Assembly: GCF_963921235.1 (NCBI RefSeq)
Contig: NC_086108.1
Location: forward strand, 52,020,001-52,084,000
DNA from: Mobula hypostoma
Lineage: Eukaryota
Length of the DNA: 64,000 nucleotides
Reading direction: 5' to 3'
Position 1 is the first letter of the stretch. Each line of letters starts with the position of its first letter. Position numbers and translations under genes: made by a program. The notes under the pieces are model-generated. The model was not told the origin of the DNA. It searched no databases and saw nothing but the letters and a program-made list of their open reading frames with translations. Shown here piece after piece: positions 38,625 to 51,010 of the stretch.

Positions 38625-39890
38625 CTCTCTACAACTTCCTCCATCTCCAACAGGATGCCATCACTAGGTGCATCTTCTCTCTGCTCAGCTTCTGCAGGAA
38701 TCACTCTCTTCATGACTCCCTTGTCCATTTGTCTCTTCCCACTAATCTACCTCTAGGCTCTTATCCCTGCAACCATACTAAGTGTCACTCCAGCCTCTAC
38801 GTGTCTTCCCTTACTACCATTCTGGGCCATAAACAGTCCTTCACATGCATTCTAGCATCAACTTGGCAATAAAGGAGGCCCTGGACAGACTGTGTCAATG
38901 TGGTAGTGGTAAGTGGAATTAAAATGGGTGGCTATTTATTACATCCAATGCTTCCAGTATGACCACCTCTACGTGAGTGAGACCCAATGCAGATTGGTCA
39001 TGGAACAGCTTTGCTCTATCTTCCACAATGACCAAGATCTCCCAGTAGCTACCCATTTTAATTTCACTTCCCATTCTCACACTGACACTATCTATCCATG
39101 GCATCCTCTACTGCCAGGTTGAGGCTAGCTGCATATTATAAGAGCAGCCCTTCACATTCCACCTGGGAAGTCTAGAGTCTAATGGCATGAACATCAATTT
39201 CTCTAAATTGATAACCACTGCCATCTGTCCCCTTTGTTTTTCCCTATCCCACTGGCACTAGCACTGTCAACCCTTTCCCCTTCCTATCCTCTCCATATGC
39301 CCATCACCCACACGTTACTTCTTCCAGTTCTTCTCATCTCCTTCCCTTCATTCCATTGTCCACTGTTGTCTTCAATAAATTCCATCTTCTTCAGCCGTTT
39401 ATCATTTCCACCTATCACCTCTCAGCTTTTTACATTCTCACTCTCCCCTCCCCCAGATGTCTATCATCCCCCTCTCACATGGATTCACCTGTCACCTGAC
39501 AGCCTTGCTCCATCTCTCCCCCCCCCCCCCCATTTCTATACTAGCAATTTTCCTGAAATATTATGTGAGAAAGCCAACTCAGATTCCTAGGACACATCAT
39601 GCAGAAAGATGAACTAGAAAAATTCATCTTTCTGGAAAGATCGAGGGGAGCAAGCCTAGAGGAAGACCTCGGCTTATGTACATCAAAAGCCTGGCCAGGT
39701 GGCTACACATGGAGGAAATGGAAGTCATCCCAAGAATGAGGGATAGATCTATATGGAAAACCATGGTCACCAAAGTCCGCATCGGATATGGTACCTGGAC
39801 AGACAGACAGATTATGTGTCCATTTTCCTCCATAGATGTTGCCTGATCTGCTGAGTTTGTCCATCATCTTGTGCATTGCTCCAGATAGGG
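38625..39890 (+). mobile_element. Penelope-like element 3' remnant (GIY-YIG), with nested RTE tail
   Basis: AIYYIQCFQYDHLYVSETQCRL (degenerate GIY-YIG), DLPVATHFNFTSHSH, pyrimidine-rich 3' UTR. Confidence 0.75.
39560..39812 (+). mobile_element. RTE-clade LINE 3' fragment
   Basis: QLRFLGHIMQKDELEK...GKIEGSKPRGRPRLMY; (gaca)n tail. Confidence 0.7.
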
Positions 39891-40052
39891 GCAGGTCTAT
39901 AATTTTCAACATTGTCCAATTGTCATAATAATATTCCATGTAGATGATACACAAAAGAAAGAAATACAAAGAAATTTTATTAGATTGCTTTTCTCTTCCA
40001 GTGATTAGTTATGAAGTGCTACTGTTAACGCTGTATCTGAGATGAACCAGTG

Positions 40053-40793
40053 TATGAGGAATAAACTCTTCTCAGGCTTCCAGCAGGTTCAGGTCTCAGT
40101 TTTAAGCTGATGTTTCAATGACAAACTCAGCCATTTTCATCAGGGATGATGCCTAGGCATGTCTAGTCTGGTGATATGTATACCCCCACTGTCCGTCCCT
40201 CCTGATTGGCTAGTCCTCATCTAATCAGGTTTCTGCTGTCCCACCTTGTTTACAATTGAATTCCAGTTCTTACTTAGAGCGGGTTCTTAGTCTTTGATAA
40301 AATTCTTTTCCTCTATTAATATTTCAATGGCTTCCTTCACCAGGTGGTCCCAAAAGCCATTGGCACAACACAGTAGCTTTGGCGCATTGAAATCAATCCT
40401 ATGGCCATTGCGAATGCAGTGTTCTGCTACCATTGATTTCTCTGGGTAACCCAAATGGATACATCTCCTGTGCTCCTTTGTGTGGGTTTCCACTGTGCTG
40501 ATATACCCTGTGCTGTGCCAATGGCTTTTTGGACTGCCTGGTGAAGAAAGCCAGTGAAATAAAACTAGAGAAAAAGAATTTTAACAAAGATGACAGTCTC
40601 ACTCTAAGTAAGAACTGGAATTTGATTGTAAACAAGGTATACATACCACCAGAATAGACATGCCTAGACATCATCCCTGATGAAGATAGCAGAGTTTGTT
40701 AATGAAATGTCGGTTAAAATCAATGCCTGTACGGCTGGAAGCCCAAGAAGAGTTTTTCGTCATATACACCGAGAAAACACTAGATCCTTTTTC
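40053..40793. mobile_element. Inverted-repeat Penelope-like (Poseidon-type) remnant with two opposed hammerhead cores
   Basis: Arms ~40053-40375 and ~40507-40764 are reverse complements; minus ORF KEHRRCI...EKSMVAEHC...HRIDF...KEAIEI; CUGAUGA...GAAA at 40677-40707 (+) and ~40110-40145 (-). Confidence 0.82.
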
Positions 40794-40989
40794 AACCTTT
40801 TTGGAATATAATTAGCAGATGGAAATAAATTTAAGTTATTTAATTAACTTTTCTGCTTTCTTTGTATTAATTCTCTTCATGACGGTCTGTTTTTTCCTTT
40901 CATACCATTTCTAAGAGAATGTTCAGACAGATCTAGGCAAAAGAGCATTGCATTTCTAGGAAGAATTTCTACTTATATATATAGTACAC

Positions 40990-40993
<4 letters not shown>

Positions 40994-41036
<43 letters not shown>
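40994..41036. repeat. (TG)n microsatellite
   Basis: About 21 perfect TG units. Confidence 0.98.
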
Positions 41037-41039
<3 letters not shown>

Positions 41040-41044
41040 ATGTA

Positions 41045-41397
41045 TGTTGTGACGTTCTGGGTGGGGGTGTAGTTGTCAGCCTGCCCCTGCATTTCTAATG
41101 ACCAGCGCTGTTCACTGTCCTTGTGTTAAAATGCTTTTGTGGGATTATTGTGGGAAGTTCCAGTTCATTTATTGTTACATTTTAGCTTGGGTTATACAGT
41201 TATTTGCTTGTGTATTTGTGGGTCACCCTAACTGTAACCAGGGTGTGTGATGGTCACCTCCCCCCGTTGGTGTGAGACTGGTCGGGTTCACTCACCGGGT
41301 CATGATGCCTGATTTGTTTGTGTCTATCACAATAAAATTTGAGTTGAGTTAAAGAGCTTCCTCGTCTGTCATTATGGACCAAATGCTCGCCACAATA
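41045..41397 (+). mobile_element. Probable solo LTR
   Basis: tgttgtg...cacaata inverted termini; AATAAA at ~41331; GC-richer than flanks; TSD imperfect (tgta/tgtt). Confidence 0.55.
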
Positions 41398-43910
41398 TGT
41401 TATTGTTTTACATCTTTTATGTAAATGTATATGTTATTTAAAACATATAATTTCAAAGTTATAATTCAATTAAATATGTTAAAGTGCTAAGGATAATTGA
41501 AAACATTAAGATCAAAATAATAACAAAACCGCTTACCTGCATGAGCCTTTTCAATCAAGATCAGTAACCCCATTCAAATGGATGGGATTGTCCTAATGCA
41601 TCAGCTTCCCCTGGCATGAAGCAAAGTGCATCAACTCCCTCAGCTCAAGATATTGTTGCACCAGATTCTGATGCCCAGTTGCTGCCTGACCTGCTGAGTT
41701 CCTTCAACATTTTGTGTGTTGCTCTGGTTTTTCAGCATCTGTGGAATCTCTTCTGTTCCTGACATCTGTGTCACAATTCGTGGACCTGGAAAGCAGGAAT
41801 AACCTGACCCATACATTGCGGCAAGCAACAGGTTCTGCATGGAACCCACAGCTAAAGAACAGCAAAATCCAGCTCATACTTCCTGTATTGATCTTTCACA
41901 ATTCACCTTCAGATCTAATTACTCTTTTCTCCATTCTTTGTTTTGCTATACAATACATAATACTCTTTTTGTAGAATAGCAATTGTCTAAAGTGGTTATA
42001 GAATTTGTAGTTAGAGGAAAAGTCTTTGATATAAGAACCATAGTATGGGGAAAGCACAGTAAGACAATTTAGCTTAGCTTGTCTTCTTTCAGGATTCATT
42101 TCTACAGTGTCACCTCCTTTCTGCTTTCTCACCCATGTGGTGTTTGACAAATATCAATGATTGTGTAGCTGAGAACAAACGTAATAGTTTCCTAATTTGC
42201 TGACAATGCTAAACTTTGGAACTCTATACAGGGGGGATATAAAAAGGTTTTAAGGGGATATGGCAAGATGAACATATGTGTAAGAACACTTATTATATGG
42301 AAGATGTAATGTTATTAATTTTGAATCACAGCTCAGAAAAGGTACGAGTTTTTTTTAAATAGTGGAAGAATCACAAGAATTAATATTCAAAACTAGATGT
42401 AGATGTGCTTGTATACAAATTAATGAAGATCAACTTACACTTGGGAAGGAAATGACATGCCAACCTTTTATGAAAGGGGTTGGTTACAGGAGGAATTATT
42501 GCAATTGTTTTGATCCATAGTAAGATTTTATCTGGATCACTGAGAATAGCACTCACACTATAGTAAAAACATATCTTAGAAAGGATTTATTTACCATAGT
42601 TAAAGTAAAGATTTACCAGACTAGTTCCAGAGAGAATTTGAGTCAGACAGCTTCTGCAGAAAAAAAATCTGCTGAGTTCTGACATAGGGTCTGTGACCTA
42701 AAATATTAACTATTTCTCTTTCCACAGGTGCTGCCTGGCCTGTTGAGTGATTACCACATTTTTTTAATTTTTCTTTCAGATGCTCAGCGTCTGCAGTTTT
42801 TTTGATTTTCACGGGCTAGACTAGAACTGCATTCCCCAGTGTGTAGAAGAATGAAAGGAGATTTCAGCAAAACTTTAGAAAATTATTAAAAAGGTTTGAT
42901 AGGTTAGATACAAGGCAGATGTTGCCCTAGCTGGTGGAATCTAATATAAGGAGCACCATTCGACAATGAAAGGTAGCCTGGTCAGGAGTAAGTTGAAGAA
43001 AAATTTCTTTACTCTGCACATTGAACTTTTGGAATTCTTTGTCCTGGAGGGCTTTAGAGATTCAGTTGTTGAAGTCCTTCCAAGCAGAGATTGACAGATT
43101 TCTGGATATCAAGGGATATAACAACAGTGCTGGAAAATGGAACTGATGAAGAAGATCACCCATGATCTTGATGGATGGTGGGGCAGGCTCCAAGGACCAG
43201 ATGACATACTCCTCTAATTTCTTCTATTATGTAATCACAATGGTATTTCCATGTTTGGATTGCATTACAAATACTTGGATAAACCCGGGTAATGAGATGT
43301 TTTTGTACTGTATTAAAAAGTGATATATATTATATCTGCCGAGAATTCCCACAGGGATTCTCCAGCAGCAGAGTGACTTAACTCATGGAGAACCTGCCAA
43401 TTTTTGAAACACCACTTTGGTGTGTGAATAAAAATGGTACTGGCTGACAACAGGTACAAATAGTATGCTTAAGTATCTCTGGGGTATTAAATGGAGTATT
43501 TTACAGCTGGCCCATGTCCTGGTGAATTGTATTTTAGGCTCTTCGGGTGGTATTTTGTTTTGATCTAGTGAGTAGGATCTTGAGCTTCAGTCTCTTGTCA
43601 ATGTAGTTATAGCACATCACAGAAGTAGAAGTTGGAGGCAGAAGACTGATAGAATGTTATGGACAAGATAGAAAACTTAAACCTTTCCAACAGGTATACT
43701 TTGTTTAAATTTTTAAAAACTAAAGTCATTGGGGATCAGAAAACTACCTACAAGTCCTTTCCTTGTGCAGAAGGATTTGATGTCGTCTTGGAAGCCAGTC
43801 ATCTCACTCAGTTCATCTCTGCATGAGCTCTTCAGGGTCCTAATGCGCAAGATCCACGTGAAAATATGTAACTGTCGGACAATAACTCTGACCACCAACA
43901 GAGTCTAAAC

Positions 43911-46900
43911 CAGCATTTCTCAACCTTTTTGCCCTAGAAGAAATCCTTTGAAATTATTTTCAGGACTCAGGGAACCCCTGTGTAAAAATTATTATATCTA
44001 CAGCCCAGGGCACGTTAACGTGATTAGTATGTTATGGGTATAGTAATTCAAAAATAATTGTCAATTGTTCTTTTGAGTAGAGAATGAGTTTTTAGCCAAC
44101 CTTTCTTGAAAAAAGGTAGTTAAGCTTAGCTTACCTTTTTTGAAATTCATCTCTTTCTTTCCCTTTCATAAATTTTAAAAAGCCATACAGTAAACATAAT
44201 AAATATCTGTTAAGTAACTGCCTTAAGCCAAAATAGGATTTAATTTTTCTAAAGGTAGGCTCAGAAGATTTAATTTAAATAAAGGTTGTACATTGATTTT
44301 AATTAATGCTATTTACAACATGAAAATTTATTGACAATGTTGAATAGTAGAGTCACTAAAAACTGTGAGCCAAAGCAATATGAATAGAAATATAGCCTAA
44401 GCTACAATTTTATATAAGACTTTGAAAAAGCATTTTCTTACTAAGTGACATGATCAGGCTCAAATATAGGCTTAACATGTGAAGCCACTGTTTTTTGCAG
44501 CACAAGTACTCAATTCTGGGTCAAACTTGAGATAATCACTCACAGATTTCACCTTCAATTGAAATGGGTTGGTTTCTATCCTTCCCCTTGATACTTGTTA
44601 AACAAGAAAAAGCTTGCTCAGACATGTAAGAAGTTGAAAACTGCAGCAAAATGTTCATTGCTTTCCTACGAATGGCAGGATACTCGTCTTTCACAGAAAT
44701 CTAGAATGTGTCCAGGGGCAAGTCAGTAAATCTTATCTTTATTGCATGATCAGAGAGCAGCTCACTAAGTTTTTCCTCTTCTCTCAAAGTCAAATTCTCA
44801 GGCTGAGCAGTAGATTCAGAGAAAGGGTTCTTCACCCAGTTATACACTTATGTTGAAAGGGAGGAAAAATGCTGTTCAATTTTGTTCTGCAGTTCTTCAA
44901 GGTGGTTTTCAATAAGACTCGAGATTTTCTGACCCTTCCTCACTCTCAAGCACAAGCAGTAGTAGAATCATTTTAAGATTTCCTTTTGCAACATGATTTT
45001 TCTAAAGATTCAGTTTCTTTTTAAATCCAAGAATTTTGTCACTTGAAGTCAGAACATTTTCTCCAAGGCCTTGCAGGGACGTGTTCAACTGGTTTATATG
45101 ATGAAAAATGTCTAGTAGACTAGTAGACTAATGTCTGTAGTAGACTAGTTTCTGCAGTCATGCTTCATCTTCAAAGCACTCAACAAACTCTGGCCTACAA
45201 CTTTCTTGAAAGTATTCCTGCAATTCACCCTTCAGCTCAAACACCCTGTTGAAAACTCTGCAAAGCTACTGGATTTCTGAATGTATCAGGAGACTGGTGT
45301 GCTCTTTGTCCAGGTTTTCACAATCTTTTAAATGTTTTCTAGTGAACTGGTCTTTGTTTAATAAAGTTAACAATTTTTGTAGCATCATCCAGAACTTTTT
45401 TCATTTCAGCTCCAAGAGTTTTTGGCATCAGCACCTCTCTGTGAAGAAAGCAGTGTGTTGTGACAACATCAGGATTTTCTTTTTTTTTTACAAGAGAAAC
45501 AGAACCTCTCATGGAGCCAACCATTGATGAGGCACCATCAGTACAGATGTCAACACAGTTCCTCCAAGACAGGCCTTTTGTTTCCAGATATGAAGACAAA
45601 ACATTAAATATATCTTGGCCTTTGCTTGTCTTGGGCAGCCCTTTGCAACAGAAAAAGTCTTCTTGAATTTCACCATCATTTACAAATCTTACAAATGCTA
45701 CAACATGATATTTATCGGTGAAATCTGTTGACACATCAACCTCGATAGAGAAGTTGTTGTTTTTCAGTTTTATCACACAAAACCTCTTCAGCATCATGTA
45801 ACATGTCATCAATATGTTGACTTATCATACTGTTTGAGAGTGGCCGCCATCTTACCTGAACAAGAACTGTGCACGAGCCCACAACTGTGACCTTCTCACA
45901 CACATAGAGGACACTATACAGGCTGCAGTCACTCAGTTCACCGAGGCTGTTGGGCTCTCGGGTTAATGGTCAGTCTAAAGAAAACAATGATCCTCCATCA
46001 GAAGCCCCCTCATGGCACTTACAACCCACCTTGGTTCACCATTAGTGACCAACCTCTCACCACAGTTGAGCAGTTCACCTATCTGGGCAGCATAATCTGT
46101 AACGATGCTATGGTGGTAAGGGATGTTGACAATAGACCCGCCAGAGCTAGCAGTGCCCTCAACCCCACCCCCCAGAAACGTGTGTGGAAGAACCATCAGC
46201 TGCGTCTGTCCACAAAAATCCAGGTGTACAGAGCTGCTGTCACCACATCACTGCGATATGGCTTTGAAGCCTGGGTCTTGTACCACAAGCAAATCTGATT
46301 ATTCAGATGCTTCCATCAGCACTGCGCCCACTCCTTCATGGGAATCAGCTGGCAGGATTGTGTCTCCAACAGCAAGTCCTGGAGAAGGCTCAGCTTCCAA
46401 GCGTTGAAGCCACTTTGCTGCTCAGGCAGCTCTGTTGGCCAAGCCACGTGTCTCACATGGACAACTCCAGGTTATCGAAAGCAGTACTTTACGGAGAACT
46501 CTCTCAGGGCAAGAGAGATCATGATGCCCCGTGTAAGAGATACAAAGACCAACTTAAGCAGCGGCTCTCTCAGGCAAATATCAAGGTCGACGAGTGACAG
46601 CAGTTGGCTTGTGACAGAGACTGCTGGAGAATGCTGATCCACGGTGCAGCCAAGAATTTTGAGGGATCCAGGAGAGCGACTACTGAAGAGAAGAGGAGAC
46701 ACAGGAAGGATCCTACTACTCAATTGTCCGCATCCCAGCTGCTCCTGTGTCCCTATTGCTCCAGAGTCTACAGATCCAGAATTGGCCTCTACAGTCACCA
46801 ACGATCGTGCCGTCGCTCATGAAGACTCTTCTTCCCTCCTGATCTTCATAAGCAAAGAACCAGCCATCATCATCACTGAGCGTGAAACCTTTTCAATTTC

Positions 46901-47750
46901 TCATGCTGCATCTTGTCTTAGCATTTTACCCAATACAATTTTACATGCTGACATTATTAGGTTCTCACCAACTGTGTGACCTTTCCTTTTCTGGGTAACA
47001 AGTTCTGCTACTAAATAACCTCCTGTAGTTTTTTTACTGACTGTGACTTTATTAACAAAAGCTTTAATGTGTTTGTTTTGAGATTCCAATACCCATTTAA
47101 AATAATCAGCACTTTTATGCATCATATGGCTGTGACTTGTAGTAAGCATCTTTTCAATTTTTCTGGAGCCATTGCTGCAATTGTTTGCCATAGACTAGGC
47201 ACAATGGAATAGGACAAATTAGATCACCAGTCCATGTAAAACTCACTGATAAGTAGCTTTCATTATAAAGACGAACTTTTTTGTGTCTATTATTGCATGA
47301 GTGCAGTGAAGTGACTCTAAAGGTTGTAATTCAAAGATTGCCGCATTGATCCATCAGACTTGTACATAGAATGCAGGGGTTAATAAAATATAAAAATGAT
47401 GTTCGGAAAACGCACCATGCTCCTCATTAGCCTACCGTCCTCCCTTACATATAATACAGTGCTCACCAATTATCAACGGCCTCCCCTATCTCACGTCAAA
47501 AATCGAATAAATACGGTCGTACTGTGCGGTGGGCTGAGAGACCCCTAACGAGCCTGCTCGGGCACTGCCCAATTGAGAAACACATACCTTCTATACTCAG
47601 TAGCATTAACTTTATCAGAGTTCCCTCCACCAAAATCTAGTGATTTAACCATTGCCAGAAGATTAGCTTGACCGGTTATATAATTTATGGATTCCTAAAT
47701 ATATTTCAGAGACTAAGTACCCTAAAGAAATGACTCGCCAATAACTAGGC
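43911..47750 (-). mobile_element. hAT (Charlie/Buster-like) DNA transposon with degenerate transposase
   Basis: Terminus cagcatttctcaacctttt preceded by gtctaaac (NNNTANNN-type target); minus-strand FSIEVDVSTD...VAFVRFV...ICTDGASSMVG...THCFLHRE and ILLQFSTSYMSEQAFS; HTVGENLI. The other terminus was not confidently found. Confidence 0.82.
45843..46876 (+). mobile_element. 5'-truncated RTE-clade LINE inserted in the hAT transposase
   Basis: VEQFTYLGS, TKIQVYRA, VLYGEL..GKR, C-terminal CPYC...RIGLYSHQRSC; (cat)n tail; TSD tgagagtg (45835-45842) and tgagcgtg (46877-46884). Confidence 0.9.
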
Positions 47751-47759
47751 ATATTGGAG

Positions 47760-50700
47760 TCTCCAAGGACTCAGGATAGGATAGATGGTAAAAAAGTAAA
47801 GATAGCATGCAGTCGGACTGTCAGGAAAGGCAGGCAAGTGATGGGACTTAGTTGCAGCCAACAGGGTGAGTATCAAATCATTAGGGACGCAGAATCAGAA
47901 ATGATATCAAATACAGTACTCAAGGTGTTGCATCTAAATGCACGTATTATAAGAAATAAGGTGGATGATCTTGTTGCAATATAACAGATTGCCAGGAATG
48001 ATGTTGTGGCCATCACTGAATCATGGCTGAAGGATGGTTGTAGTTGGGAGCTGAATGTCCAAGGTTACACATTATATCGGTGGGATAGGAAGGTAGGCAG
48101 AGGGGGTGGTGTGGCTTGACTAGTAAAGAATGGCGTCAAATCAGTAGAAAGATGTGACATAGGATCGGAAGATGTTAAATCCTTGATGGTTGAGTTAAGA
48201 AACTGCAAGGGTAAAAGGACGTTGGTGGCACTTATGTACAGGCCTCCCAGTGGCTGGGATGTGGACCACAGGTTACAACAGGAAATAGAAAAGATGAGTC
48301 AAAAGGGCAATGTTATGGTAGTCATGGGAGAATTTAACATGCAGATCAATTAGGAAAATCAGGTTGGTAATGGATCTCAAGAGAGTGAGTTTGTTGAATG
48401 TCTAAGAGATAGCTTTTTAGAGCAGTTTGTTGTTGAGCCAACTGGGGGATCAGCTATACTGGATTGGGTGCTATGTAATGAACTGGAGGTGATTAGGGAG
48501 CTTAAGGTAAAAGAACCCTTAGGAGACAATGATCACGATATGATTGAGTTCAACTTGAAATTTGATAGAGAGAAAGTAAAGTCTGATGTAGCAGTATTTC
48601 ATTGGAGTAAGGGAGAGTATAGTGGTATGAGAGAAGAGTTGGCCAAACTAAATTGGAAGGAGCTGCTGGCAGGGATGTGAGCAGAGCAGCAATGACATGT
48701 ATTTCTGGGAAAAATGAGGAAGGAGCAGGACTCATGTATTCCAAAAATAAAGAAATAATCAAATGATAGAATAGTACAACCATGGCTGACAAGGGAAGTC
48801 AAAGGCATTGTAACAGTGAAAGAAAGGGCATATGACAAAGCAAAAATTAGTGGAAAGATAGAGGATTAGGAAGTTTTTAAACACCTACAGACAGCAACTA
48901 AAAACACCAGTAGAAGGGAAAAGATGAAATACGAAAGCAAGCTAGCAAATAATATCAAAGTGGATAGTAAACATTTTTTCAAGTACGTTAAAAATAAAAG
49001 AGAAATGAGAGTGGATATAGGTCGGTAGAAAATGAGGCAGCAGAAATAATAATGGGGACAAGGAGATGGCTGATGAAATGAATGAGTATTTTGCATCAGT
49101 CTTGACTGTGCAGTATGCCTGATGTTGTAGTGTGTGAAGGAAGAGAAGTGGGTGCAGATACTGTTACAAGTTGCTCAAAAAGCTGAAAGACCTAAAGGTG
49201 CATAAGTTACCCGGACCAGATGAACTGCATCCTATGGTTCTAAAAGAGGTACAGTACTGTTAGAGATTTTGGTGGCATTAGAAATGATCTTTCAAAAATC
49301 ATTGGACTCTGGCGTAGTGCCAGAGGACTGGAAAATTGCAAATGTCACTCCACTCTTTAAGAAAGAAGGAAGGCAGCAGAAAGGAAATTATAGACCAGTT
49401 AGCCTGACCACGGTGGTTGGGAAGATGTTAGAGTCAATTGTTAAGGATGTGGTGATGGAGTACTTGGTGACACAGGACAAGATAGTACAAAGTCAGCATG
49501 GTTTTCTTCAGGGAACATCCTACCTGACAAACCTGTTGAAATTCTTTGAAGGGATTACAAGAAGGATAGCTAAAGGGATGCAGTGAATGTTGTATATTTG
49601 GATTTTCATAAGACCTTTGACAAGGTGCCACACATGAGGCTGCTTACCAAGTTAAGAGCTCATGGTATTACAGGAAAGTTAGAGCATTGGCTGATTGGTA
49701 GGAGGCAGCAAGTGGGAGTAAAAGGATTCTTTTCTGGTTGGCTGCCAGTGACTAGTGGTGTTCCGCAGGGGTCGGTGTTGGGACCGTTTCTTTTTATGCT
49801 GTATATAAATGTTTTAGATGATGGAATAGGTGGCTTTGTTGCCAAGTTTGCAGATGATACGAAGATTGGTGGAGGGGCAGGTAGTGTTGACAAAACAGGT
49901 AGGATGCAGAAGGACTTAGACAGATTAGGAGAATGGGCAAGAAAGTGGCAAATTAAATACAGTGTTGGAAAATGCATGGTTATGCACTTTGGTAGGAGAA
50001 ATAAATGTGTGGACTATTTTCTAAACGGGGAGAAAATCCAGGAATCTGAGATTCAGAGGGACTTGGGAGTGCTTGTGCAGAACACCCTGAAGGTTAACTT
50101 GCAGGTTGAGTCTGTGATGAGGAAGGCAAATGCCATGTTAGCATTCATTTCAAGAGATCCTAGAATACAAGAGCAAGGATGTGATGCTGAGACTCTATAA
50201 GGCACTGGTGAGGCCTCACCTTGAGTATTGTGAACAGTTTTGGGCCCCTCATCTTAGAAAAGATGTGCTGGCATTGTTAAAGGTCCAGAGAAGGTTCACA
50301 AAGATGATTCCAGGAATGAAAGGGTTATCATGCAAGGAACGTTTGATGAATCTGGGTCTGTACTCACTGGAATTCAGAAGGATGAGGGGGGATCTCATTG
50401 AAACTTTTCAAATGTTAAAAGGCCTAGACAGAGTAGATGTGGAAAGGATGTTTTCCATGGTGGGAAAGTCTAGGACAAGAGGGCAGTGCCTCAGGATAGA
50501 GGGGCGTCCTTTCAAAACAGAGAAATTTCTTTAGCCAAAGGGTGGTGAATTTCATAGTCATAGTCATACTTTATTGATCCTGGGGGAAATTGGTTTTCGT
50601 TACAGTTGCACCATAAATAATAAATAGTAATAAAACCATAAATAGTTAAATAGTAATATGTAAATTATGCCAGGAAATAAGTCTAGGACCAGCCTATTGG

Positions 50701-51010
50701 CTCAGGGTGTCTGACCCTCCAAGGGAGGAGTTGTAAAGTTTGATGGCCACAGACAGGAATGACTTCCTATGACGCTCTGTGTTGCATCTCGGTGGAATGA
50801 GTCTCTGGCTGAATGTACTCCTGTGCCCACATTATGTAGTGGATGGGAGACATTGTCCAAGATGGCATGCAACTTGGACAGCATCCTCTTTTCAGACGGG
50901 AACTGGGGTTGAGGAGGAGAGGAAAAAAAAGATCAACCATGATTGAATGGTGGAGCAGACTTGATGGGCCAGATGGCCTAATTCTGCTCCTATGTCTTAT
51001 GGTCTTATGA
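47760..51010 (+). mobile_element. Near full-length CR1 LINE ORF2 (AP endonuclease + RT), degenerate
   Basis: HLNARIIRNK; PEDWKIANVTPLFKK...NYRPVSLT; VYLDF.K.FDKVPH; SGVPQGSVLGP; KFADDTK; tail tatgtcttatggtcttatga. Confidence 0.93.
50552..50897 (-). mobile_element. Rex1-type LINE 3' fragment nested in CR1
   Basis: Reverse complement of the ~14985-15323 tail; (tcatag)n on +. Confidence 0.88.

Noticed and set aside
47565..47590. aattgagaaacac as the second hAT TIR
   Set aside because: Only partially complementary to the left terminus and not followed by the gtctaaac TSD.
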